NCBI GenBank assembly: GCA_044376225.1
Contig: JBILLF010000002.1
Coordinates: 24,192 to 88,191 of the forward strand
Origin: Patescibacteria group bacterium
GTDB taxonomy: Bacteria; Bacteroidota; Ignavibacteria; Kapaibacteriales; Kapaibacteriaceae
Direction: 5' to 3'
Length of the DNA: 64,000 nt
Below the pieces are notes generated by a model. The model had not been told where the DNA came from, did not search any database, and was given only the letters and a program-made list of their open reading frames with translations. Made by a program: the position numbers and the translations under genes. Shown here piece by piece: positions 20,050 to 33,524 of the stretch (positions are counted from its first letter, which is position 1; each line of letters starts with the position of its first letter).

Positions 20050-23000
20050 TTAGCGGACAATCGTGAGGGTCTTCGACAGTACTGTCTCACCAACCGTGAG
20101 CTTGTACATGTATGAACCGCTTGCGACATCCACACCATCTTCACCACGACCATCCCATTCAACTGCATATGGCGTCTGCTGTCCTGCAACAACGTTGTTG
20201 TAGACAGTCTTGACGACATTGCCCATGAGGTCATACACCTCAAGCTTGACCTTCGAGCTTGATGGGATCGTGAATGTGAAGGTTGTCTTTCCAGCCGATG
20301 GATTCGGGAAGCTGCTGTTGAGAGCAACTTCAGAGGCTGAACCGAATTCGACACTGACAATGTTCGAGAAGTTCATCGAACCGCTGGCATCAACTTGACG
20401 CAGACGGTACTCGTACGATGTGCCCGATGTTACATCGGCATCAAAGTACTTGTAGTTCTTGGTCGTGTTAGAGTTTCCAGCACCGTTGACGAATCCTACA
20501 GATTTCCATGGATTCTCGGCGTTCGATGTTTCGTCGGTACATGTGAGAGAAGCCTTGCCAGTGAGATTCGTGACTTCCTTGACTGCGCGGCGCTCAACAT
20601 GGAATCCAACGTTATTCTTCTCACTCGCTGTCTCCCAGAAGATATCGACGCCAGCAGCACGACCACGAGCATCGAAGAAGGACAGTTCAACCGGTGCATT
20701 ATCGCAAGGAACAAAGATTGGCGGATTCGAGAATGAACGGTTGCCGAAGAAAGGACGCAGGAGTGGAATCCACGATCCACGTGTGAAGGTGGCATAACCG
20801 AGGCTCGTTCCCATAGCGTCGAGGTGTGCATAACCAGGGTTACCGATCGTTGGAGTGAATGGTACCCAGTCACCGCTGAAACGCGTCAATTCATATGCAA
20901 AGCGGTTGTCATTGAGCAGCGATCCGGCACGGTTACGCACGCGGAAGTTCTTGTCAACGAGCAGTGAGCGGTTTCCAAGACCGAACGTCGGAACGTCGGA
21001 GTAGAGCGTTGTTACAAGTCCCATACGGGTTTCAGAAGCACCAAGCTCGTAACCTTCCGTACCCATCTGAGCTACCGAAGCCCAATAGTCCCCAGGAGCA
21101 ATAACCACTGGTGTTGCAAGCAGATATGTCACATACTTACCAAACTGGGGCTCTGTAAATGCACCGGTTTCATCTTCACCGCGACGGCGAAGAATCGTCG
21201 AGTTAGCAACACGCTCGTCACCTGGCAGACCGCCTTGGTCACGATACAGAGAGAAGGAGATGTTCAACACGTCCTGGTTGAGTTCTGCCCAGAATGCCTG
21301 ATAGCCAGCGAGTGTGTCCTGTGAGAACAGTGTAAATCGCATTGCGATCTGACCAGAAGCATTACCTGCATCTGCACCGGTACCGTTGTCAACGCCTGCA
21401 GGGAAAGTGCCCCACGTTGAACCAGCCGTGTACTGAACGGTTGGACCGGTCAAGCTCGACTGCCATCCCGATGCACGTGCTCCAAGTGAGTTACCGCCAT
21501 GATTAAGACCCTTACCGGTAATACCCGTGAACTGAAGCTTCGGCACGTCGTTGACCGGATTGCTTGGATTCGTTTCGTAGGCAAACGAAGGACCAAACGT
21601 CATACGGAACATCGTGAACGTAGAGTCGTTCAGCGTGTCAAGGTCGTTGCCAGGGAAGAAGATACGTCCAGTGACCTTGTAGTTACCAGGTGTAGTTGTA
21701 CGGAAGTTGGCATCTGGGAACGGAAGGATCACTTCGCGATTACCAGCTAGCGTTGGAACCGTGATGCTACGGCAATAGATCTGCTGATCTTCATTACCAT
21801 CTGGCTTGATCTGGAGACGAACTGAGAAAGCCGGAGCGGCAATGTTCGTATTGTTCGAAAGCTTCACACGGATAGGCACGCGTGTGGCCTGCGAAGCAGG
21901 AGCCATCGTGTATGGCCAGATCAGCTGGATGTTGCTGAACTCAATGTCTGTGACTTCGTCAGGATAAAGCAGCTTGACGTTGTCGATGAAGAAGGCATCT
22001 TCGTCATCCGACGGCGCTGGTGGCTGCGAGTTCATAACACAGCTCGCACGAATGCGGAAGCGGAAGTTACGTGCGCCTTCGTTGACCCAGCGAAGAACGG
22101 TGTCAGGAATAGGAACAGTGATCTTGTAGTACTCTGCATCCTTACCATCGTCAAACAGATCTTCGCGAAGACCACCGAGTGGTGGGGTAGCTGTGTTGTT
22201 CAGCTGCAGGTTGTAGTCAGCAAGGTCGAAACCACGGGCTGATCCACCACCACCCCAGATTCGGAATGGTTGCATGTACGCTGTTCCGCGTGACTGGTAG
22301 TCAAGAATCCAGTTCTGGATGTTCGTGATTCCCGTGATACCATCGCTTGAAGGGCGAGCAAACTCAACGAATACTTGGTCTGGATTGCGGTAGCCCGGCG
22401 TAAAGCCATTTACCGCAAGCATGTTGACGCGGTGCTCAGGTCCGATGAGACGATTGTCCGAGAAACCGCGACCAATGTTTGTAAGCTTACCAGAACGCTG
22501 ATAGGAGATCGACAGAACGGCGCGCTTGCGGCGGACGAGGTTGATTGGGAACGAGCGGATCTCATCGCCACCGTACTGACCTGCTGGAGGAATGTCCACG
22601 TTAGCAAGGTTCCAACGGTTGAGCTTGATAACTGGTGACTTCAAACGGAAGATGTCTGCATTGGCTGCAGCATACTCACCCCGTGGTGGTGGTGGGTTGT
22701 TTGTTGCCTCGTCACCATCAACAACTTCAGCTTCAATGTTCACCCACTTGAGGACCGAAGGCATAGCAGCACCACCGATGAGGTGGTACTCGTTGACGTC
22801 ATCAGAGAACGATGTGAGACGACGCATCGAGAAGATGCGGATACTAGTTGTATCGTCAAACGGCCACTGATCACCGATAGGCTGATTGAGAGAGTCCTTC
22901 GGCTCAGCAATCACCGTTGTAAGGAGACGACCGATTTGGTCATCGATAAACGGATTTGGCTCAAACGGCGGGAAGATCACCTTGATGAACTCGTACGGAA

Positions 23001-24765
23001 GTACGAATGTGCCCGCAGGCTGGTATGGCTGGTTCACACCGTTGATGTCACAGCGGAACACTTGCGAGATGTTCGTATCACGCAGAGCGGCGTCAGTGAC
23101 AGCACGCGAGGTGTTGTACACGATCTTGCCAGTAGCTTCATTAACGATCCGGAAACGCACGCGGAAGTTCGTACCCTGTGGTACGTAGTTCACGCCTTGT
23201 GGGCCCTGAATATCGTTGGTCAGACTCTGTACGATAGCAACCGGTTGGATAGCACCAAGACGGTCTTCACCGGCAAGCAATTCGTAGTTGTTGGCGTTAG
23301 CTGGAGGCACAACCACCGAGAAAGCGAGGTTGGCGTTGTTGTTCTGCTGGCGCACACGGTACGACACGTTGATAACGCGAAGTGTGTTGCGGAACTGCTT
23401 GAACTTGATTGCAAGGAAGTCCTTCGGCACAGTGTTGTCATCGTTACGTGTGCTGATCGCACGAACGCCACCGACAGGATCGGTGTCAACGTTGTACAAG
23501 TACTCTGTGCTTTGAATGTACTTCGGAGTATTGAAGTCCAGAGTCGTAACGGTAGGCATCACCGAAGGGAAACCCGACCAGCTCAGACGACGTGCTGGGC
23601 CCGTCACTCCAACCGTTGAGTTACAGCGCATCCACACTGTTGCAGGGTGCGGCTGCAGTGCCGTACGCGGAGCCAGACCTGAGAAACGCTCATACTGAAC
23701 CGTGACAGAACTGTCGTTGCGGTTAAGCGTAACCTGCAGCGAGAAGCGATAGTGCTCACCAGCATTTGGACGGTTGTTGGCAACGAACGTTACATTCCAA
23801 GTGATACCACCAACACGAGCGGTCTTTGCACCGATCGGCGTCAGGTTGACGTAGTAAATCACCAGCTTGTCGTTCGACGGCGAGCGCTTGTAATACACGC
23901 GTGAGAAGTCATCAACAGCGTTATCGCCCGAGTTGTATACAGAAACCTGGAGGTCATCCCACGCTGGCGCAATCAGCTGAGGAAGAGTCGAACCCCAAAC
24001 AGCCGACAGTCCTGCAGCGTCAAGCATACGGTTGGTCGTTGTGCGGATACCACCCGTTGCCGTCGTTGGAGAACCACCGCATGCTACATTGTTAAAGCCC
24101 CAGTTATCCGCAGTGGCATCAGCCATTCCGTCGCCGGAACGAGCGCGCGTATCATCGGACATCGGATCGTAGGCCGAAATCACGCCCGGACGCACTTCCA
24201 GTGAGGTGCGGGCTACTGGGTAACCGAATTGGTCAATCGTGTAGAAATATCGGCGGTTTGACAGCGCGATCAGACCGTTCGTCGAAACGTAGAACGAGTC
24301 CTGACGGACTCCGTTGAAGAAGAACGGGAATCCGATCGAGATCGGCCCTGCAAAAGCGTTATCAGTAGAGTCACGTGCATCTCCCGGGTTGCGGAAGAAT
24401 GCCCATCCACCGTAGACGTTCTGGGTCGGATCTGTCCAGTACGAATTCGGAAGCTGCTTCGCACCGGAAACAATACGGCGCCAAGTGCCGGGCTCGGTCA
24501 GGGTGTCGACAAACTGCGACGGGTCCGGACGCCAGAAGTCTGGTGCTTCGTCGTCCGAATCCACGAAGTAGTATCCCGTGGAAATGGCAGGGTTTGTGCG
24601 TGCGTTAGGTCCCGTTGCTGTGAACGGTTGTGGATATGACGCAACGGGGTTGCGCTGCCCACTCTTACGCAACACGTCCTCGCCATCCTTACCATCGGCA
24701 GCCATCGCCAGCGTAACGCCGACAAGCCCCATCGTGAGTACAAGGAATAGCAGTCTGCGGTTCAT
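20050..24765 (-). CDS. very large (about 1571 aa) secreted protein of unknown function with a T9SS C-terminal sorting domain
   Basis: Signal peptide MNRRLLFLVLTMGLVGVTLAMA. There is no catalytic motif I recognise. The C-terminus ALNSSFPNPSAGKTTFTFTI...KVKLEVYDLMGNVVKTV...SGSYMYKLTVGETVLSKTLTIVR is a classical Por CTD. An upstream in-frame ATG at 24813 is possible. Confidence 0.65.
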   Translation of the reverse strand: MNRRLLFLVLTMGLVGVTLAMAADGKDGEDVLRKSGQRNPVASYPQPFTATGPNARTNPAISTGYYFVDSDDEAPDFWRPDPSQFVDTLTEPGTWRRIVSGAKQLPNSYWTDPTQNVYGGWAFFRNPGDARDSTDNAFAGPISIGFPFFFNGVRQDSFYVSTNGLIALSNRRYFYTIDQFGYPVARTSLEVRPGVISAYDPMSDDTRARSGDGMADATADNWGFNNVACGGSPTTATGGIRTTTNRMLDAAGLSAVWGSTLPQLIAPAWDDLQVSVYNSGDNAVDDFSRVYYKRSPSNDKLVIYYVNLTPIGAKTARVGGITWNVTFVANNRPNAGEHYRFSLQVTLNRNDSSVTVQYERFSGLAPRTALQPHPATVWMRCNSTVGVTGPARRLSWSGFPSVMPTVTTLDFNTPKYIQSTEYLYNVDTDPVGGVRAISTRNDDNTVPKDFLAIKFKQFRNTLRVINVSYRVRQQNNNANLAFSVVVPPANANNYELLAGEDRLGAIQPVAIVQSLTNDIQGPQGVNYVPQGTNFRVRFRIVNEATGKIVYNTSRAVTDAALRDTNISQVFRCDINGVNQPYQPAGTFVLPYEFIKVIFPPFEPNPFIDDQIGRLLTTVIAEPKDSLNQPIGDQWPFDDTTSIRIFSMRRLTSFSDDVNEYHLIGGAAMPSVLKWVNIEAEVVDGDEATNNPPPPRGEYAAANADIFRLKSPVIKLNRWNLANVDIPPAGQYGGDEIRSFPINLVRRKRAVLSISYQRSGKLTNIGRGFSDNRLIGPEHRVNMLAVNGFTPGYRNPDQVFVEFARPSSDGITGITNIQNWILDYQSRGTAYMQPFRIWGGGGSARGFDLADYNLQLNNTATPPLGGLREDLFDDGKDAEYYKITVPIPDTVLRWVNEGARNFRFRIRASCVMNSQPPAPSDDEDAFFIDNVKLLYPDEVTDIEFSNIQLIWPYTMAPASQATRVPIRVKLSNNTNIAAPAFSVRLQIKPDGNEDQQIYCRSITVPTLAGNREVILPFPDANFRTTTPGNYKVTGRIFFPGNDLDTLNDSTFTMFRMTFGPSFAYETNPSNPVNDVPKLQFTGITGKGLNHGGNSLGARASGWQSSLTGPTVQYTAGSTWGTFPAGVDNGTGADAGNASGQIAMRFTLFSQDTLAGYQAFWAELNQDVLNISFSLYRDQGGLPGDERVANSTILRRRGEDETGAFTEPQFGKYVTYLLATPVVIAPGDYWASVAQMGTEGYELGASETRMGLVTTLYSDVPTFGLGNRSLLVDKNFRVRNRAGSLLNDNRFAYELTRFSGDWVPFTPTIGNPGYAHLDAMGTSLGYATFTRGSWIPLLRPFFGNRSFSNPPIFVPCDNAPVELSFFDARGRAAGVDIFWETASEKNNVGFHVERRAVKEVTNLTGKASLTCTDETSNAENPWKSVGFVNGAGNSNTTKNYKYFDADVTSGTSYEYRLRQVDASGSMNFSNIVSVEFGSASEVALNSSFPNPSAGKTTFTFTIPSSSKVKLEVYDLMGNVVKTVYNNVVAGQQTPYAVEWDGRGEDGVDVASGSYMYKLTVGETVLSKTLTIVR

Positions 24766-24983
24766 GCAAACCTCAAAGAAACTGTGATGAAGTATGTGTT
24801 TTTGGTTTCTCATTCTGTGCTCGACGTAGCTCTGTTCGGATCAATAACAACACGGAAGGTAATTCGTTACATGCGTACGAATACACTCCTCCCGAAAGAG
24901 CATCGGACAATATTCTGATTTTAGGTGAATTAGTCAAACAATTTTTGTCCCCAAATGGCATTCGGTAGAAATTTGGGTGGTCA

Positions 24984-25610
24984 TCAGTCAGCCCCCTGCC
25001 ATGGCACGGAATCCACCAGTCCCCCACCGCCCAAGATGGCCCTGCAGAATGCCTCGAGCGCTCTCGGGTAAAGATCATGTTCGAGGTGCTTAACCCTCTG
25101 CTGAAGGACCTCGGCAGAGGGATGATCGGCAAGCGGGAGGCTTTGCTGGGCGAGAATAGCCCCCTCGTCATAATCAGCGGTTACCCTGTGGACGGTTGCT
25201 CCGGTGACGGTCTCACCGGCTGCAAGTACGGCACGATGCACATGAAGCCCATACATTCCAACCCCGCCGTATTTGGGGAGAAGAGCCGGATGTACGTTCA
25301 GCACGTTGCCGTTGAGCATAACAATGGTGCTCTCCGGCAGTTTGCGCATGAACCCGGCCAGCGCCAGCACCCCGACAGAATGCTCTGTCAGCTTCTGCTC
25401 AAGGACCGATGCCCAATCTTCGGCTGGCAGGACGATCCATTCGACGTTATGCCGGCGCGCAACGTCGAGAATTCCGGCATCAGCCCTCGTTGATAGAACG
25501 AGCCGGACTCTGTAAGGGGCTTCGGGGCGCAATCCGTGACGGATAAGCGCATCTGCATTGGAGCCAGCACCACCTCCAAGAATTGCCACCTCGATGGGCA
25601 CTCGGTACAT
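24984..25610 (-). CDS. purN: phosphoribosylglycinamide formyltransferase
   Basis: Formyl-transferase N-domain motifs (ILGGGAGSNADALI...NVHPALLPKYGG...H). It is adjacent to metH. Confidence 0.75.
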   Translation of the reverse strand: MYRVPIEVAILGGGAGSNADALIRHGLRPEAPYRVRLVLSTRADAGILDVARRHNVEWIVLPAEDWASVLEQKLTEHSVGVLALAGFMRKLPESTIVMLNGNVLNVHPALLPKYGGVGMYGLHVHRAVLAAGETVTGATVHRVTADYDEGAILAQQSLPLADHPSAEVLQQRVKHLEHDLYPRALEAFCRAILGGGGLVDSVPWQGAD

Positions 25611-29278
<3,668 letters not shown>

Positions 29279-29279
<1 letters not shown>

Positions 29280-29992
29280 TAGCGCAAATCTACGGTGTAT
29301 CCAATGATGCGGACGGTCGATTCGGTGATGCTGTAGCGAATTCGTGAGCGCTCAACGGAGAGGACGTAGGTGCCGTCTTCATCAGCACGGATGCGACGGT
29401 ATGGATGCGGCAACGGGTCGGCCGACAGGACCCGCTCGACGTATGTACGATGATCGGCTTGCACAGCACTAGCATCGAACTCCCAGATAACCTCAAACGG
29501 CTTTGCATCGATTTCATCCATCCACGGCAGCGCGCTTTCGGGGAAGGCATCGGCATAGGCCACATAGGGCTTGATGTCAAGGACCGGCGTCCCATCGAGC
29601 AGGTCGGTGTCTTCAACATGCAGAATGCGTCCACTGATGCCCAGCAACCGAACGCAGCTGAGACCGATCGGATTAGGTCGATGGGGCGATCGTGTTGCAA
29701 AGACACCACGTTTAGTGCGCCCTCGCGGAGGCTGAACAAGCGGCTTCCAGTGATTCACCCGGTCGAACACTGTGACCAGCCAGATCCGGTCGCAGCCGTC
29801 GAGGTCGCGCAGGGCCTGCTCAAAGTTCAGCCCAGCGTGCAGTTCAACGGTAGCCACCTGATGAGATTCGTCCCAACCAGTCTGGCGTGCTGCATTGTAG
29901 GGTTTCTGCGCTGATGTCCGAACCACACCGATGGGGCGCATGGTAAACACGGTTTGCTCTTCGAACGGCTCCGCTGGTACTTCGTTACTCAT
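29279..29992 (-). CDS. trmO: TsaA/YaeB-family tRNA (adenine37-N6)-methyltransferase TrmO-like protein with a C-terminal extension
   Basis: MRPIGVVRT...DIKPY is the TsaA beta-barrel signature. Its stop overlaps the metH start. An alternative start is at about 29941. Confidence 0.6.
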
Positions 29993-30009
29993 AGCTGTGC
30001 CGAGCCCCT

Positions 30010-30762
30010 TTACCAGGCCGAACCGATTGTCATGGAAATGATCAATCCGCCGAAGTCCGTGATCGGACTGAATCGCATACTTTCCAAGCCCTGGCCACCA
30101 AATGGCACGGTGTAGTACTTGAGATTCACGCCTACCTGGTTCCCTTTGCCAACAGGGCCGAACACGGCACCAAATCCTACCATCGCCCCGGGCCGAACGT
30201 AGGTGGTTGAGTAACCGAAGGATTCGAAGAATTCATAGAACCGTATGGGTGAACCGTAGTTGTCATAGTCGATATATGGGGTCCTGACGATCGTAGCAGC
30301 CACACCCCCAAAGGTCACAAACGGCCGAAAGGTCTCCTGCAGGGACTCTCGAAACAGACGGTACTGGATCGATACAGTCATCGGTATCATCAGCAGACGG
30401 TTGACCTTCTCGGCGACAACCAGCATGGTACCGTTCAGGAGTGCATTCTCAAACTCATCCGTGTTTCTACGTCCCGTAATAAAGGCATCGAAGTTCAAGG
30501 TCACCCCTGAGCCGATCTCGATCCCATAGTAGCCACCCACTGCCCAGCCGCTGGGGGAAAACAACAATGACATTCCAGCACTGTTGTAGGCTACGGCATG
30601 ATTCGTGACATCGTCAAGTAAGGGGCGAACCGGCCGAAACATGATCGTCGTGTCTGTTACCGGTAGGTCTCCACCGGTGACCTGGGCCTGCGCTGGAGAC
30701 AGAATGCAGACCATCACAAACAGGCCGATCAGTGCCGATTTGGCGAAAAATGATTCGATCAT
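30010..30762 (-). CDS. hypothetical outer-membrane beta-barrel-like protein
   Basis: Signal peptide (ALIGLFVMVCILSPAQAQ). Alternating hydrophobic/Gly/Tyr-rich strands and an aromatic C-terminus (TIGSAW). Confidence 0.4.
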   Translation of the reverse strand: MIESFFAKSALIGLFVMVCILSPAQAQVTGGDLPVTDTTIMFRPVRPLLDDVTNHAVAYNSAGMSLLFSPSGWAVGGYYGIEIGSGVTLNFDAFITGRRNTDEFENALLNGTMLVVAEKVNRLLMIPMTVSIQYRLFRESLQETFRPFVTFGGVAATIVRTPYIDYDNYGSPIRFYEFFESFGYSTTYVRPGAMVGFGAVFGPVGKGNQVGVNLKYYTVPFGGQGLESMRFSPITDFGGLIISMTIGSAW

Positions 30763-30853
30763 GGTTGGAATAGGTAGGGTCACTGACGCAAATCTACGAC
30801 CGACGTCCATGTGGATAACATTGCTAATCCTTTCATTTTCCGTAGCTTAGTGG

Positions 30854-31684
30854 TTGATGACCGTGGATGACTTACAGCGTACCCTTCAAGCGGCCTTCCC
30901 CCTGGAAAGCGCCATGCCCGGCGATAACGTCGGGCTGCAGATTCGAGGTACATCCAAAACCGTGCAATCAGCCTTGTGCTGCATGGAAGTCACGGATGAC
31001 GTTGTGAGCGAGGCAAATGAGCTCGGCGTTGAGGCGATCATAACGTTTCACCCGCTCATTTATTCGCCCCTTACCAGACTTGACGGAAGTGACCGCGTTA
31101 GCCGGCTTGTATTGCGATGCATTCAGTCAGATCTCTCGGTCTATTGTGTCCACACGGCCTTTGACGCGCATCCGCGCGGCACGAACAGACTGCTTGCCGA
31201 CAAACTAGGACTTACAGCAATTCGGACGATCGATCCAAACCCGCGTGTGCAAATCGAGGCCGACGTTGAAGTGGGCATGGGGCTACTCGCCTCTTGCGAT
31301 CTCGACTTTGACGAACTCCTAGCGCGCGTGACTGCGGTGTGCGGCCCTTCCCTGCGGTACAGCCCAGCCCCAAAGCAACAGGTTCGCACGGTAGCACTTG
31401 TGGCCGGAAGTGGTATGTCATTCTATGACAAGGTCGTCGGCACCGCTGATGTCTTCATCACGGCGGATGTGAAGTATCACGCATTTCATGCCGCCACCGG
31501 CAGGATCGGCCTGATCGATGCCGGACACTACGAAATGGAACAGTTTGTTGCCAAGGGCATGGCCCAAGAGCTTGAAAGGCACACCAGTTCGTTTAAGATC
31601 CACGTCAGCAGCGTCTGCCCAAATCCGGTCAGGTACGGCCTGCCTCAAAACGTCAGTGAAATAGCATTTTCAGAGATCTCCTAA
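30854..31684 (+). CDS. Nif3-family dinuclear metal-centre protein (YqfO/YbgI-like)
   Basis: The N-terminus NVGLQIRG...VEAIITFHPLIY, the C-terminal GHYEME and the length (about 276 aa) match the NIF3 family. Confidence 0.7.
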   Translation: MMTVDDLQRTLQAAFPLESAMPGDNVGLQIRGTSKTVQSALCCMEVTDDVVSEANELGVEAIITFHPLIYSPLTRLDGSDRVSRLVLRCIQSDLSVYCVHTAFDAHPRGTNRLLADKLGLTAIRTIDPNPRVQIEADVEVGMGLLASCDLDFDELLARVTAVCGPSLRYSPAPKQQVRTVALVAGSGMSFYDKVVGTADVFITADVKYHAFHAATGRIGLIDAGHYEMEQFVAKGMAQELERHTSSFKIHVSSVCPNPVRYGLPQNVSEIAFSEIS

Positions 31685-31704
31685 CATCATCTACCGGAGC
31701 ACGC

Positions 31705-32448
31705 ATGGAACAACAACTCCAACTTCTTGCCCAACTAGCCGCCGTCGATGCCGAGCTTGACGAGTTGCACGACGAACTTGGCGACCTACCCGTCGAGGTG
31801 AAGAAGATCGAGAAGGTGGTGCGCACGAAACAGGACGCCGTTGACGCGACCAAGGCCGCCCTCGAGGAGCTCCATCAATTGCGGAGCACAGCGCATGTGA
31901 CCATGCAGGAAAGTCATGACAAGGAGCAGAAGCTGGCTCAACAGCAGTTCCAGGTCAAGAACAACCGTGAGTTTGATGCCATCACCAAGGAGATCGATCA
32001 CCTCAAGCAGCAACGCGCTGACCTTGAAGAGCGGCTCCGCACGGCCGGCGTGACAGAGGAAAACCTCACTGCCACGCTTACTCAGCAGCAGGCCGAACTC
32101 GACGAGGTTCACGAGAAATTGGTCGAAAAGCAGAAGTCCCTTGAGGCCATGTCTGGCGACCAAAACGAGGACCTGAAGAAGTTCATTGCTCTTCGCCTGC
32201 AGATCATCGCCAAACTCGATGACACACTCGAGGCCGAGTATGAGCGCATACGCACGTTTCACAGTGAAGCCGCCGTGGCCCTTCGCAAGAACTCCTGCAG
32301 CGGATGCTACTCTGCGATTCCGTCGCAGCGCATCATGGAGATGAAGTACCAGCGCGATCGTCTCTACACCTGCGAGGCCTGCGGCAGAATCCTCTTCACC
32401 GAGGATGTCGCCGTGGACATCGAGCAGCTTCTCGAGGCCGGCTCATGA
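31705..32448 (+). CDS. zinc-ribbon/coiled-coil protein (DUF164-like C4 zinc ribbon), usual partner of Nif3
   Basis: Long coiled-coil region and C-terminal CSGCYSAIP...CEACGRILF (CxxC...CxxC). Conserved Nif3 neighbour. Confidence 0.6.
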   Translation: MEQQLQLLAQLAAVDAELDELHDELGDLPVEVKKIEKVVRTKQDAVDATKAALEELHQLRSTAHVTMQESHDKEQKLAQQQFQVKNNREFDAITKEIDHLKQQRADLEERLRTAGVTEENLTATLTQQQAELDEVHEKLVEKQKSLEAMSGDQNEDLKKFIALRLQIIAKLDDTLEAEYERIRTFHSEAAVALRKNSCSGCYSAIPSQRIMEMKYQRDRLYTCEACGRILFTEDVAVDIEQLLEAGS

Positions 32449-32496
32449 GTCAGCCAGTGGTTAGCCCCGTGGCCACACAATTGAAATGACAACAAT

Positions 32497-32955
32497 CGTA
32501 GTGTCGGGGATTCCGGGCAGTCGCTGCCTCGGAGGCTTCGGCCTTCGGACAGAGGAAAGTCCGAACTCCGCAGAACAGTGCGCTTCCTAACTGGAAGGTG
32601 TCAAGCCGGTCGACCCTCGGGAGGCTGTCGAGACAACGGAAAGTGCAGCAGAAAGATACCGCCGATGGTCCGTGCCTGCACGGACACAGGTAAGGGTGAA
32701 ATGGTGGGGTAAGAGCCCACCGGTCAGCGGGTGACCGTTTGGCCCGGTAAACCCCGCACGGAGCAAGATCAAGCAGAGCGCCGGACGTTTCGGCGTCGGA
32801 TGGCTGTTCGTCATCCTACGCCCTCGCAAGGGGGCGAACGTCGCTCGGGTAGATCGCTAGAGGTCGGTGGTGACACCGATCCCAGAAAAATGGCTGCCTC
32901 CCCGCCGTTACTGGTGGGAAGACAGAATTCGGCTTACAGGGATCTCCGGTCTACG
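32497..32955 (+). ncRNA. rnpB: RNase P RNA (bacterial type A), boundaries +/- about 15 nt
   Basis: Sense-strand motifs read directly on the + strand: GAGGAAAGTCCGAAC (P4 5' strand), CAGAACAG, GGTAAGGGTGAAATGGTGGGGTAAGAGCCCACC, GGTAAACCCCGCACGGAGCAAG, and ACAGAATTCGGCTTAC (P4 3' strand). It lies in a 560-nt non-coding gap after the zinc-ribbon gene. Confidence 0.85.
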
Positions 32956-33008
32956 ATTTGTTGCGCGTCCATAGTTTTGCACCACGTTGCATTCACGGGA
33001 ATACTCTC

Positions 33009-33506
33009 ATGAACTCACTTCGCCTGTCGCTTATCATCTTCGGTTTCTTTGCGCTGTCGCTGGCAGCTGCAGCGCAGGTCCGGGTTGTGGTGCTTCCATT
33101 CCGGAACATGGCCCACGACATCAAGTACAATCCCTGGAACTACCAGTTTGCCGACTCGCTGCGATCAGCCCTACTAGAAGCAGATCCGAGCGGAACGACG
33201 TACCAGATCGTCCCGGCCGACAGTGTGGAGCTGGCCTTAGCGGATCTCAACCTCGATCCTGATAATCCGCAGTACGAATCTGATATGTGGAAGGCCGTTC
33301 GAAACCTTAAAGCCCAAAAGGCTGTTCAAGGCAACTTCCAGCTCCGCGGCGATCGCGTGCTGATCAACTGCTACATCTACGACATGGAATCGATGCTATC
33401 CGACGCAACCAATCAGGCCAAGGATATCTACAAATCCCCTACGACGTACCTCGAAGCCATCCGCCCGATCGTCAAGCGTATTCGTCCAGGACTTTCACCA
33501 CAGTGA
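33009..33506 (+). CDS. hypothetical secreted protein
   Basis: Signal peptide MNSLRLSLIIFGFFALSLAAAAQ. No family recognised. Confidence 0.45.
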   Translation: MNSLRLSLIIFGFFALSLAAAAQVRVVVLPFRNMAHDIKYNPWNYQFADSLRSALLEADPSGTTYQIVPADSVELALADLNLDPDNPQYESDMWKAVRNLKAQKAVQGNFQLRGDRVLINCYIYDMESMLSDATNQAKDIYKSPTTYLEAIRPIVKRIRPGLSPQ

Positions 33507-33524
33507 CCGACAAGAACACGACCA

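Noticed and set aside
22783-23619. 278-aa plus-strand ORF inside the giant T9SS gene
   Set aside because: Antisense to a long, continuous coding frame with a signal peptide and CTD. It has an Arg/His-rich composition typical of shadow frames.
29993-30009. Possible B12 or SAM riboswitch upstream of the trmO-metH unit
   Set aside because: Only 17 nt separate trmO from the upstream gene, and the next gap (30763-30853) is too short for a cobalamin riboswitch.
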